Source: Candidatus Daviesbacteria bacterium (GTDB lineage: Bacteria; Patescibacteriota; Microgenomatia; Daviesbacterales; UBA10151). From it: a stretch of 64,000 bases of DNA. Of this stretch, positions 48,438 to 58,037 are shown in pieces (within the stretch, counting starts at the first letter, position 1; each line of letters begins with the position of its first letter). The notes under the pieces were generated by a model. It ran no database searches. It had not been told where the DNA came from and saw only the letters and a list, made by a program, of their open reading frames with translations. The stretch covers positions 12,318-76,317 of the forward strand of contig JACOXD010000011.1 of NCBI GenBank assembly GCA_016176465.1, read 5' to 3'. A program made the position numbers and the translations under genes.

Positions 48438-48503
48438 TCAAGCTTAACGTAATTCCCTTTTTATTTGCATTATTTTGTAAACAAGTTTAAAATCACGGGC
48501 ACT

Positions 48504-49115
48504 ATGTCTGATATTAGATGGGCAACATTGCTGGAACAACACACAGATAGACGTAAAGCTCTTGGAGCTATGTTGGCTGGGGCAGCAGTGAGTTTGCTTT
48601 CAGCTTGTGGTGGGGGAACTTCGGAAGATACTCCAGCACAAACTCCAATTCCAATAATGACTCCAGTTACCATACCTATTTCAACAAACACTCCCAACAG
48701 GGCTGCAGAGGCTAGGCCAGAAATTAAGTTTGTTCGTGATGATGAAGTTTGGAGTGTAGACATGAGAGCATGGGATGGTGGTATACATGGAAGGTGTATT
48801 TATATTTTAAAAGCAGGCGCATTAGCTAAAAATAATTACCCTACTGAAATTACTCCAGGGGCAGTTCAACTAGAGACAACTTTTGATAATAGAGACCCTC
48901 GCTTTTTAGTAGTCTCACAGTATGTATATAGGCCTGGTGGACGAGGAAATGCTGATGGCATAATGTTTCCAGAACAAATTGATCCAAATAGACCTCAAAT
49001 TTTATACTCTCAATGGGAAGATTTAAAACTTTTTGTAGTTACTTTTAATCATATAGTGAAGTGGTATGCTCCTATCCCTCCTCCCAGACTGCCAATAACC
49101 CCAGCTGCTTTTTAA
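48504..49115 (+). CDS. Putative Tat-signal lipoprotein (GC-rich, likely horizontally acquired)
   Basis: DRRKALGAMLAGAAVSLLSAC Tat-like RR motif + lipobox; ~50% GC vs ~30% background. Confidence 0.45.
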   Translation: MSDIRWATLLEQHTDRRKALGAMLAGAAVSLLSACGGGTSEDTPAQTPIPIMTPVTIPISTNTPNRAAEARPEIKFVRDDEVWSVDMRAWDGGIHGRCIYILKAGALAKNNYPTEITPGAVQLETTFDNRDPRFLVVSQYVYRPGGRGNADGIMFPEQIDPNRPQILYSQWEDLKLFVVTFNHIVKWYAPIPPPRLPITPAAF

Positions 49116-51134
49116 TTAACTGCTTAATTCTCTTATTTGATCCCTTAATCTTGCTGCTGTTTCAAAATCTAAAAGTGCTGCAGCATCTCTCATCTGTTTT
49201 TCTAATTCTTTAATAATTCTTCCTCTCTCTTTTAATGGTATATCTTCAACTGTTAATACATCCTTCCCTAATTTTTCCTCAACTTTTTCTATTAACCTTT
49301 CCCTTAATGCTTTTTCTATCGAGCGTGGTTTAATTTTATGTTTTTTATTAAATTCTATTTGATAATTCCTTCTTCTTGAAACCTCATCTATTGCTCCTTG
49401 TATTGATTTAGTAATGGTGTCTGCATACATGATTACTGCTCCATCAACGTGTCTGGCAGCACGACCCATTGTTTGGATTAAAGATGTTTTTGACCTTAAA
49501 AATCCTTCTTTATCTGCATCCAAAATAATAACCAAAGATACTTCAGGTAAATCTAACCCTTCCCTTAAAAGATTAATTCCTACAATTACATCAAATTCCC
49601 CTAATCTTAAACTTTGTAAAATATCAGAACGCTCTAAAGTAGCAATATCTGAGTGTAAATAATTGACTCTAATCCCCTTTTCTTTAAGGTAATCAGTTAA
49701 ATCCTCAGCCATCCTTTTAGTTAAAGTGGTTATTAAAACTCTCTCACCTTTACTTACCCTTTTTTCTACTTCCTTAATTACATCTTCAATTTGCCCCTCT
49801 GTTTTTCTAACAGATACTTGCGGATCAACAATACCTGTGGGTCTTACTAATTGCTGGGCTACATTGTTTGGGCTTCCAATCCCGGTTTGGAACTGAGTTG
49901 ACAAACCGGGATTGTAGCCTGCAAGTGAAAACTCATATTCATCAGGAGTAGCAGAAACATAGACAGCTTGATTAACCCTCCTCATAAACTCCTCAAACTT
50001 TAAGGGCCTATTATCTAGTGCGCTAGGCAACCTAAAACCAAATTCAACTAAAGTCTCCTTCCTGGAGCGATCGCCGTTATACATTCCTCTAATTTGAGGG
50101 ATGGTAATGTGGGATTCATCAATAATTATTAAATAATCTTTAGGAAAAAAATCTAAAAGAGTATAGGGTGGTTCACCTGGATCTCTACCATCAAAATATC
50201 TTGAGTAATTCTCAATCCCATTACAAAAACCAAACTCCTTTATCATCTCCAAATCATAATAAGTGCGCTGTTCTAACCTTTGAGACTCAAGTAATTTTCC
50301 TTGAGATTTTAAATCTTTCAATCTTAACCTTAAATCATCTTCAATTTGAAAAGTTGCTGGTTTAATTAATTGTTGAGGTGTTATATAGTGTTTTGCAGGA
50401 TACAAAGTTAAAGTTTCTAGAGTAGGAATTGACTTGCCAGTAAGAGGATCCAAATGGGAAACTCTTTCAATTTTATCTTCCAAAAACTCAATCCTTAATG
50501 CAAAGTCAGAGTAAGCTGGGAAGATATCTAAAGTGTCTCCTTTTAATCTATACGTTCCTCTTTCAAAGTCAAAATCATTTCGGACGTAAAACATTTTATT
50601 AAGCATCTTTAAGATAGATTCCATTCCTGATTTAACTCCATTTTTTAGTTGCAGTATTGCCCCTCCATATTCCTTCGGTGAACCTAAGTTATAAATACAA
50701 GAAACAGAGGCTACAACTACAACATCAGACCTAGTCATTAAAGAAGTAGTTGTTGAGAGTCGCAGTTTTTCAATCTCCTCGTTAATGGATGCATCTTTTT
50801 CAATATAGGTATCAGATGAAGGAACATAAGCCTCAGGCTGGTAATAATCATAGTAAGAAACAAAATACTCAACGGCATTTTCAGGAAATAAGGACTTAAA
50901 TTCTTGTGCCAATTGCCCGGCTAATGTTTTATTATGAGAGATAACTAGTGTTGGTCTATTTACAGCTTGGATGACATTAGCCACAGTAAAAGTTTTACCA
51001 GAACCTGTTACACCAAGCAAAACTTGATGTTTCTCATTATCCTTAATCCCCCTTACTAATTTCTCAATAGCTTGGGGCTGATCACCAGTAGGCTTAAAAT
51101 CTGAAATTATTTTAAACTTAGACATAAAGTTCAT
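49116..51134 (-). CDS. uvrB: Excinuclease ABC subunit B with in-frame palindromic insertion
   Basis: [10 protein letters not shown], helicase motifs, C-terminal UVR domain; insertion at 49877-49914. Confidence 0.95.
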   Translation of the reverse strand: MNFMSKFKIISDFKPTGDQPQAIEKLVRGIKDNEKHQVLLGVTGSGKTFTVANVIQAVNRPTLVISHNKTLAGQLAQEFKSLFPENAVEYFVSYYDYYQPEAYVPSSDTYIEKDASINEEIEKLRLSTTTSLMTRSDVVVVASVSCIYNLGSPKEYGGAILQLKNGVKSGMESILKMLNKMFYVRNDFDFERGTYRLKGDTLDIFPAYSDFALRIEFLEDKIERVSHLDPLTGKSIPTLETLTLYPAKHYITPQQLIKPATFQIEDDLRLRLKDLKSQGKLLESQRLEQRTYYDLEMIKEFGFCNGIENYSRYFDGRDPGEPPYTLLDFFPKDYLIIIDESHITIPQIRGMYNGDRSRKETLVEFGFRLPSALDNRPLKFEEFMRRVNQAVYVSATPDEYEFSLAGYNPGLSTQFQTGIGSPNNVAQQLVRPTGIVDPQVSVRKTEGQIEDVIKEVEKRVSKGERVLITTLTKRMAEDLTDYLKEKGIRVNYLHSDIATLERSDILQSLRLGEFDVIVGINLLREGLDLPEVSLVIILDADKEGFLRSKTSLIQTMGRAARHVDGAVIMYADTITKSIQGAIDEVSRRRNYQIEFNKKHKIKPRSIEKALRERLIEKVEEKLGKDVLTVEDIPLKERGRIIKELEKQMRDAAALLDFETAARLRDQIRELSS
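49877..49914. repeat. RPE-like palindromic element (perfect 13-bp stem, same arms as the dinB copy) in frame within uvrB
   Basis: caatcccggtttgg-aactgagttga-caaaccgggattg encodes [14 protein letters not shown]. Confidence 0.7.
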
Positions 51135-51187
51135 TATAGCACTTAAGCGAATATTCCCCGAATAGTAGATTTAAAGATTATGATAGA

Positions 51188-51221
51188 TTAGCTTGACACC
51201 TGAAAGGTGTACTCGTAAATT
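51188..51221 (+). promoter_or_regulatory. Solo IS200-like left-end/REP-like hairpin carrying outward TTGACA-17-TAAATT promoter
   Basis: tagcttgacacctgaaaggtgtac identical to LE of the 42.5 kb IS copy; no transposase adjacent. Confidence 0.4.
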
Positions 51222-51253
51222 CAGAACCAAATAATTGCTAAGTTTTACCTATA

Positions 51254-51640
51254 GTGCTAAAATCCTCTCTTAATATGGGCCTGGAAGCTTCAATTCACAG
51301 TTTATATGGAGAGTCTGGCGGGGAATTAGACTATCTAGCCTGTCTTACATTAAATCCCAATGATTTATATCTATTAACAAGTCAAATCGATTTAAGATTA
51401 CTTAAAAAGAGAAATCAAGACTTTAATCCGATTACTGTGATCCGACCTAGTATTGTAGTAACTGGCATAGGTGTAGATGGCATCAGACATTACAAAAGCG
51501 CCGTAATAGAAAGAAAAGAAGTGGTAATTCTAGATATTAAAGACTCTCGAACATATCTTTTTAGTGATCAATATGGTTTGTATTTAAAACCTAAAGAAGA
51601 GTTTCAAGTTTGTATGGGAGATAGATTTGAACTTTCCTAG
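51254..51640 (+). CDS. Hypothetical protein
   Basis: 128 aa ORF. Confidence 0.3.
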   Translation: MLKSSLNMGLEASIHSLYGESGGELDYLACLTLNPNDLYLLTSQIDLRLLKKRNQDFNPITVIRPSIVVTGIGVDGIRHYKSAVIERKEVVILDIKDSRTYLFSDQYGLYLKPKEEFQVCMGDRFELS

Positions 51641-51660
51641 TTTATTGTTAAACTTAAAAT

Positions 51661-52389
51661 ATGTTTGATGATTTAGCTGCCATAATTTTAGCTGCAGGTA
51701 AAGGCACAAGATTAAATTCCAAAGATATAAACAAAGTAACTTTAGAGGTTGGGGGTATTCCCATAATTATCCGTATAATTAATATTCTTAGAGAAACAGG
51801 AACAAAAAATATTTTAGTAGTGGTGGGTTTTGCTAAAGATTCTGTAGAAAAACTGCTGGATAAGGACGTTAAAACTGTGGAACAGGCAAATCAGCTTGGT
51901 ACTGGAGATGCAGTTAAAATTGCTTTGGATAAGATCTCAGCCAATACAAAAAATATTTTAATTTTAATGGGTGATGATGCTTATTTATATTCCCCAGCAA
52001 TTTTTAATAATTTTTATAAATTTCACTTAGAGCAAAAATCCGATCTTACTTTTTTAACCACTGTTTTAGAAAACACTAAAGGCTTGGGGAGAGTAATAAG
52101 AAATGAGAATGGAAATCCAGTGAGAATTGTAGAGGATAACGATGCCTCAGATGAAATAAAAAAAATAAATGAGGTAAATTTAGGTTGTTATATATTTAAG
52201 ATGGATTTTTTAAGAAAATACATTGATCAAATTCAAAAAAGTCCTATTACTGGTGAGTATTATTTAGTTGATCTAATTGAAATAGCTATTAAAAACGCTA
52301 GAATAGTAAGAGTCTATACTTTAGAAAACTTTAGCTGGAGAGGGATAAATACCAAAGAGGAGTTAGAGGAAGCTCAAAAATTAATATGA
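51661..52389 (+). CDS. Sugar nucleotidyltransferase (GlmU N-terminal-like)
   Basis: AAIILAAGKGTRLNS ... GDAV ... pyrophosphorylase fold. Confidence 0.6.
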   Translation: MFDDLAAIILAAGKGTRLNSKDINKVTLEVGGIPIIIRIINILRETGTKNILVVVGFAKDSVEKLLDKDVKTVEQANQLGTGDAVKIALDKISANTKNILILMGDDAYLYSPAIFNNFYKFHLEQKSDLTFLTTVLENTKGLGRVIRNENGNPVRIVEDNDASDEIKKINEVNLGCYIFKMDFLRKYIDQIQKSPITGEYYLVDLIEIAIKNARIVRVYTLENFSWRGINTKEELEEAQKLI

Positions 52390-52973
52390 ATTTTAAACCA
52401 ACTAACTATTTTGATTTAACAAACTTTACCCAAGCAGATATATTTGAAGGAGTTGAAAATATTTGGGAAGTATTAAAAAAACTTAGTTCTTATTTAAATG
52501 GGATTGTTATTGACCCTACTGCTAAGGTAGATCCTACAGCTAAAATTTTAGGCCCAGCTATAATTGGAGCTAATACTGTCATCGGATTTAATGCATTAAT
52601 CAGGGAGAATGTAATTACTGGAAGTGATTGCATAATAGGTCACGGAACCGAGGTTAAAAATTCTATAATTTTAAATAACAGCTTCTTTTCTCATATGAGC
52701 TATATTGGGGATAGTGTTATAGGGAATAATATCAATTTTGGGGGTGGAGCAAAAACAGGCAATTTAAGACTAGATAAAGCTCCTGTAACTGTAAAGATAG
52801 GAGAGGAAATTATTGAGACTGGTTTAGAAAAATTTGGTGCAGTTGTAGGAGATAATACAAAGATAGGAATAAATGCTGTTTTAAATCCCGGGACAATTTT
52901 AGGAAAAAATTGTATAGTTTATCCTCTAGTTTCAGTTAATGGAGTTTTTGCAGAAAATTCCAAAATTAAATAA
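52386..52973 (+). CDS. Left-handed beta-helix (hexapeptide repeat) acyltransferase (GlmU C-terminal-like)
   Basis: Hexapeptide repeats IGANTVIG / IGHGTEV / IGDSVIGNN; ATGA overlap with upstream gene. Confidence 0.6.
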   Translation: MNFKPTNYFDLTNFTQADIFEGVENIWEVLKKLSSYLNGIVIDPTAKVDPTAKILGPAIIGANTVIGFNALIRENVITGSDCIIGHGTEVKNSIILNNSFFSHMSYIGDSVIGNNINFGGGAKTGNLRLDKAPVTVKIGEEIIETGLEKFGAVVGDNTKIGINAVLNPGTILGKNCIVYPLVSVNGVFAENSKIK

Positions 52974-53038
52974 AAACCTTTAAAAAAACTTTGCCTTTTT
53001 GTTTTACAAAAAGGTATGTTTGATATATTTTGTCCTAC

Positions 53039-53069
53039 TTGACAGTTTCGGGAACTGTTTGGTATTGTT
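53039..53069 (+). promoter_or_regulatory. lexA promoter (-35 TTGACA) with overlapping palindrome ACAGTTTCGGGAACTGT, candidate LexA operator
   Basis: TTGACA 53039-44, palindrome 53042-58, -10-like TATTGT ~53064-69, 80 bp upstream of lexA. Confidence 0.4.
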
Positions 53070-53148
53070 ATCAGTAACCTTTGGATTAAACCAAAGACTT
53101 GGATAAGTTGGCAGGTAGACGGAACTGCCAGATTTATCCACCAAATAT

Positions 53149-53766
53149 ATGCCAGTTACCCTTTATCGAAGACAGCGACAAATTTTAACTTTTATTAGAG
53201 ACTATATTGATAAATATGGTTATTCCCCTACTTTAGGGGAAATTGCAGAAGCCATGGGAGTTTCCTCGCTTGCTACAGTCCACGAGCATGTTCAAACTTT
53301 AGCAAGAAAAGGGGTAATAAAAAAGTTTGAAGGTTCTGTAAGAGGAATTGAAGTTTTGGATTACAATTACGGGAACGCTCTAAAAACAGTAGAACTCAAA
53401 GTTTTAGGTTTTATAGCTGCTGGACAACCAATTATGCCCTACACTGATCCAGATGCTACGATTGGAGTATCTTCCAGTTTGGTTAACCAGCATCGAAAAT
53501 CCTTTGTATTACAAGTAAAAGGAGATTCCATGATTGAAGATGGAATCTTAGATGGGGATTTTGTCATTATTGAGGAGCAAAATTTTGCTTATGATGGGGA
53601 TATTGTGGTAGCTCTTTTAGAAAATGGCTTGGCTACTTTAAAAAGATATTTCAAAGAAAAAGATAGAATCAGACTCGAGCCTGCTAATGCTACAATGGAA
53701 CCCATTTATTCAACAGATGTTCAAATCCAAGGAAGATGTGTGGGGGTAATCCGCAGATTTAGGTAA
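53149..53766 (+). CDS. lexA: LexA repressor (S24 peptidase)
   Basis: N-terminal wHTH; AAGQP cleavage site, GDSM Ser, TLKR Lys. Confidence 0.9.
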   Translation: MPVTLYRRQRQILTFIRDYIDKYGYSPTLGEIAEAMGVSSLATVHEHVQTLARKGVIKKFEGSVRGIEVLDYNYGNALKTVELKVLGFIAAGQPIMPYTDPDATIGVSSSLVNQHRKSFVLQVKGDSMIEDGILDGDFVIIEEQNFAYDGDIVVALLENGLATLKRYFKEKDRIRLEPANATMEPIYSTDVQIQGRCVGVIRRFR

Positions 53767-54549
53767 CTAACCCATGATTTCTCTAACTTTTTCCGCTTGT
53801 CCGTTTTCCTGTAAAAGCATTGCAGTGTGAAAAATGACTTTATTAATTGCTTTTAAGCGAAGATCATTTGGGTCATAATCATGAGCTAAAAGTTCATCTC
53901 TCCAAATAATACGATTTGATAATCTTTCGAAATAAAAGTCTAATTCTGCTTCAGTGCCTAACCTAACACCTCTGGGTTCAGTGACTCCCTCATCACTAAC
54001 AAAGCCGTTGTGCGCTTGTTCCCCAGGAAGTGTTTGTTGTTTTTTAAAAAGCATTTGCTCCCTTTCACCTCTCCAATAATTAAGCAGCGCGTGAGCCCGG
54101 GAGGCCAGTCCTCCTCTAATCAATCTTGTAGCAGATGTAGCAATCATGCCATCTAAATAATTTTGGTACCCCTTTTTACTAATCTCTTTCCCATTGAGGA
54201 GAATCTCTCTATCATATATGATCAAACTTGCGCTACTTTTACAACTATCCCAAAGTATTCTTAACCAACCCACTTCCTCTTCCTTAGTCGTTGGTAGTGG
54301 CAAAGAAGGACCATCCATTTGAGTTTTTGCAGCTTCTAAAACCTTCTCTCCCTCTTCTCTTTTACCAAACTCACCCAATGTTTGAATACTTTCTCTTTCT
54401 ACAAATCGAAGGAAGAAAATCCATTTGTTTGGAGATGGATTGAGACCTTTAGGTATTTCTAACTCCCCTTCTATCAGACGGTGTTCAATTTCTACTGCTC
54501 TTTTAATTCTTCCCTTTAAAGTATCAGCTAAAGCCTCTATATAACTCAT
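53767..54549 (-). CDS. Hypothetical protein
   Basis: 260 aa ORF, no recognised motif. Confidence 0.35.
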   Translation of the reverse strand: MSYIEALADTLKGRIKRAVEIEHRLIEGELEIPKGLNPSPNKWIFFLRFVERESIQTLGEFGKREEGEKVLEAAKTQMDGPSLPLPTTKEEEVGWLRILWDSCKSSASLIIYDREILLNGKEISKKGYQNYLDGMIATSATRLIRGGLASRAHALLNYWRGEREQMLFKKQQTLPGEQAHNGFVSDEGVTEPRGVRLGTEAELDFYFERLSNRIIWRDELLAHDYDPNDLRLKAINKVIFHTAMLLQENGQAEKVREIMG

Positions 54550-54668
54550 ATTTATATTAAAAAACCTCCCTTTAGGGAGGCCTCATTAATTTTCTAAAAT
54601 TAGCCTTCCCTCAATTGCTTGATTTAACAAGCATGTGAGGGAGAACTTTATTAAAAATATTTACTAAA

Positions 54669-55283
54669 TCAAAAGTGACCATACATATCTAATTCTATAC
54701 CTAACCCCAAAAGTAAAACTATTATCACCAAAATAACTGCATCAAGTGAGTGAAAGTAAGGCCCAAGTGTATCCCAGTTTTCCCCCATAACAAACCCTAT
54801 GTAAGCTAAAAGATAGGACCAGATTAAAGATCCTACAAACGTAAGGACAATAAAGCGATAAATCGGTAACCTTGCAATCCCAGCTGGCAAGGAAATAATT
54901 GTCCTAATACCAGGCACCACTCTTGATAATAAGACAACCCCATCTTTGTATCGATGCATCAGTTTTTCTGCTAAATCCAGTTCATCTTCACTTACTAAAA
55001 TCCATTTACCATAATTTCTAATAAATCTTCTAACTATTTTTTCATGCCCAAGGTAACCTAAGTAATATGCTCCCAGTGAACCTATCAAATTTCCTAAAGC
55101 CCCTGAAAGTGCAACAAGATGAATATTAAATTTTCCCTGCGAAACTAAATATCCGGAAAAAGGCATGATAATTTCTGAGGGTAGTGGAACTAACGCTGAC
55201 TCAATAGCCATGGTTATTACTATTCCTGGGTAACCTAGGCTAGATATGATATTAATTATCCAATTTGCTATACTTTCCAGCAT
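54669..55283 (-). CDS. DedA-family membrane protein
   Basis: GYPGIVITMAIESALVPLPSEIIMPFSGYLV signature. Confidence 0.7.
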   Translation of the reverse strand: MLESIANWIINIISSLGYPGIVITMAIESALVPLPSEIIMPFSGYLVSQGKFNIHLVALSGALGNLIGSLGAYYLGYLGHEKIVRRFIRNYGKWILVSEDELDLAEKLMHRYKDGVVLLSRVVPGIRTIISLPAGIARLPIYRFIVLTFVGSLIWSYLLAYIGFVMGENWDTLGPYFHSLDAVILVIIVLLLGLGIELDMYGHF

Positions 55284-55953
55284 GCTTTACATTGTAGCAA
55301 CACCAATAGGAAATTTGGAAGACATAACTTTGCGAGCCTTAAAAATTCTAAACCAGGTTGATGGAGTAATTTGTGAAGACAGTAGAAGGACCTCAATCTT
55401 ACTAAATCATTTCCATATAAATAAACATTTATTTGTTTTAAATGACTATAATGAGGCGAGAAATATTCCTTATTTGATTGACAAATTAAAAAAAGGAGAA
55501 AACTTAAGCTTAGTTTCTGATGCAGGAACACCTTTAATTTCTGATCCAGGTTATAAATTAGTCAGAGAAGCCATCCGACAAAATGTTCCCATTGATTCTT
55601 TACCTGGACCTTCATCTTTAATTACTGCTCTTACTTTATCAGGACTTCCTCCTGATAAGTTTTTTTTTCTAGGATATTTGCCGGAAAAACCTATGGCTAG
55701 AGTAAATACTCTAAAAGCCTTAATAGAAATAGATAAAAAGTTGAAATCCACCTTTATAATTTTTCTCCCTCCACATAAGTTGCTTAAAACTTTTATTGAA
55801 ATCAAAGAAACTTTAGGAGATATAAATTTATCCTTGGCAAAGGAGTTAACTAAACTGCATCAAAAAATAGAAACAAAAAAAGCCTCTTTGTGGATCGAGG
55901 ATTTCACTGCTACTATTCCAAAGGGAGAATTTGTTTGCCTTTTTAGAATTTAA
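55282..55953 (+). CDS. rsmI: 16S rRNA (cytidine1402-2'-O)-methyltransferase RsmI
   Basis: LYIVATPIGNLEDITLRALKIL ... tetrapyrrole-methylase fold; start moved to 55282. Confidence 0.75.
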   Translation: MLYIVATPIGNLEDITLRALKILNQVDGVICEDSRRTSILLNHFHINKHLFVLNDYNEARNIPYLIDKLKKGENLSLVSDAGTPLISDPGYKLVREAIRQNVPIDSLPGPSSLITALTLSGLPPDKFFFLGYLPEKPMARVNTLKALIEIDKKLKSTFIIFLPPHKLLKTFIEIKETLGDINLSLAKELTKLHQKIETKKASLWIEDFTATIPKGEFVCLFRI

Positions 55954-57383
55954 GTGAGGATCTTTGGTTGATGGAAAAATACTTCCTCTTTTAACGCCTC
56001 CATTTTATTTAAGTTTACTCCAATCCCATATACACCAACGTCTATAAGAAATTTTAATACATCACTATTTTGGATTAAGCTTCCTTTAGTGATTATTTTA
56101 ATTTTATTTTTTTGCATTAGTTTAATTGGTGATTTAAGGAATTCGACTAGATATTTTGAATTACTTTTATATCCGCTCAACTCTTCTTCACTCAGACTAA
56201 ATCCCCCCAAATTTTCTGCTAAAAAGTCTAAATTAATAATTGCTCCATCAAATCCGGCAGTAAGATAATCCTCCAGGTTAATTAAATTTTCAGGCACAGC
56301 AATTTCCAACCAAAATTTTAGGCTTCCTTTTCTAGATATACCTGCTACAGCCAAATCTCTTTTCATCTCTAAAAATTCATCAACAGAGCGAACGTAAGGG
56401 ATTGCAACAGAAACATTAAACAACCTTTTTTTATTTCTAACAAAGTTAAATACATCGATCTCTTTTTTCAATAAAGAGATGCTATCTATTAATCTAAAAG
56501 TTCCTCTTATTCCCAATTTAGTATCAATGTAATCTCCTAGTTTAAAAATAATCTCTGCATGTTTTAAAGAAGTGGCCAGCTCACTAAGTAAAACAATTTT
56601 TCTCTCTACATCTTTTATATTTTCACTATTAAAAATTACACCCTGAGCGTTTCCATCTATGGAAAAATTATCTTCTTGTTCAAAAAAGAATTTAAGATGA
56701 ATTTTAGGTAAGTCAATTTGATCATTCTTGATAAGCGTCGATAAGCTTATCTCGTCTTTTACTTGCAAATCATCAAAAATGTGAGATTCTTTTATTTTGT
56801 AAATTTTTAACTTATATGTATTTTCTTCTTGGTCCAAAATCCAATAATAAATATGGGGGAAAATTAATTTTTCTTCTAATTCAAATACTAATTTATCTAA
56901 TTCCTTAAGCTGTTTGGGAGTTAGAATCCCATGATCAATTAAAATTTCACTATCTTTTTTAATTTCCGGATGAGGTTTTATATAGGCTCTACCTTTAGCA
57001 ACAACTTTTTCTGCAAACACAATTGCTTGAGGCCTTAAGCTATCAATGCTACCAATAAGGGTCTTATTTTTAGCTAACTCTTTTTTAAATTCATTTATCC
57101 AAGTATTAATTAATTCTTTCCAGATATTTATTTTTAAATTAAAATCCTCAGGTAGAACTAAATTTTCCATTTTTTCCCAGAGTTTTTCCAGATGATCCCT
57201 ATTTAAGTTATTAGAGTAAATATTATGATTAAGCAAGTGTTTAATTTCCGATTTAGGCGGATAAATAATTATTATTTCCGCAACCGGAAAGCCTAGATGG
57301 TAAAGTTTGCTTAAATTAAAAAGATCACTTCCTATTAAATGTTTATCACTTGGATGTATAAATTTTATAGGCAGTATATTCAT
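55950..57383 (-). CDS. Hypothetical protein (weak PEP-utilising-enzyme-like N-terminus)
   Basis: IGSDLFNLSKLYHLGFPVAEIIII resembles PPDK_N ATP-grasp start. Confidence 0.3.
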   Translation of the reverse strand: MNILPIKFIHPSDKHLIGSDLFNLSKLYHLGFPVAEIIIIYPPKSEIKHLLNHNIYSNNLNRDHLEKLWEKMENLVLPEDFNLKINIWKELINTWINEFKKELAKNKTLIGSIDSLRPQAIVFAEKVVAKGRAYIKPHPEIKKDSEILIDHGILTPKQLKELDKLVFELEEKLIFPHIYYWILDQEENTYKLKIYKIKESHIFDDLQVKDEISLSTLIKNDQIDLPKIHLKFFFEQEDNFSIDGNAQGVIFNSENIKDVERKIVLLSELATSLKHAEIIFKLGDYIDTKLGIRGTFRLIDSISLLKKEIDVFNFVRNKKRLFNVSVAIPYVRSVDEFLEMKRDLAVAGISRKGSLKFWLEIAVPENLINLEDYLTAGFDGAIINLDFLAENLGGFSLSEEELSGYKSNSKYLVEFLKSPIKLMQKNKIKIITKGSLIQNSDVLKFLIDVGVYGIGVNLNKMEALKEEVFFHQPKILT

Positions 57384-57866
57384 TTATTTAAAAATCTCTA
57401 CTCTATCATCTATCTTAATATTATACTTTTTAGCAAAACCTCCATTAACTTCTAAAACTTTGTCAGCGGGTAAAGATGGGGAAAAAGTAGGCAAATTAGC
57501 GTCTATCTCTCCCTCTTTGGGTGGTGGAACATCGGATATTATATCAACAACTTTATCTTCATCAATCCAAATTAAATCTATAGAAAACTTTAAATTTTTC
57601 ATCCAAAAAGTGTGTCTTTTTTTCTCATCCATAATAAAAAGCATACCACTACCTTGATCTAAACTTTTTCTTCCTCCCAAGCCTTGTCTTCTTTTTTCAG
57701 GAGAGTCAGCAACTTCTGCCTGGATTGAAACCTCGTTTATTTTAACTGTTACTCCTTGAAATTTTGTTGGGATGATAGAACTTAGCGCTTGCGGATTTTT
57801 ATAAAAAAACAGAGCTAAAAACAAAACAGCAATCAATAAAACTGCTTGGATAACAAATTTCTTCAT
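57384..57866 (-). CDS. DUF192 family protein (COG1430)
   Basis: GLGGRKSLDQGSGMLF ... FWMKNLKFSIDLIWID. Confidence 0.5.
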   Translation of the reverse strand: MKKFVIQAVLLIAVLFLALFFYKNPQALSSIIPTKFQGVTVKINEVSIQAEVADSPEKRRQGLGGRKSLDQGSGMLFIMDEKKRHTFWMKNLKFSIDLIWIDEDKVVDIISDVPPPKEGEIDANLPTFSPSLPADKVLEVNGGFAKKYNIKIDDRVEIFK

Positions 57867-58037
57867 TTTAGTTTGGACAATTTGGAATAACTTAATTCTA
57901 TTCTATCAGTTTCTATAATCAAATTGTCCAGTACAAGCGTTAAACTGTTTAAGGATTTTTTTAGTAGGAAGGTTGTAATGGCTTTTCGCTCCTCATAGCA
58001 CGCTTAAAGTAAAGCTCTGGTGCGAAAATGCCAAATC

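Noticed and set aside
52877-52890. aatcccgggacaat as a fourth copy of the palindromic element
   Set aside because: Only one arm is present with no inverted partner; it encodes an ordinary NPG of a hexapeptide repeat.
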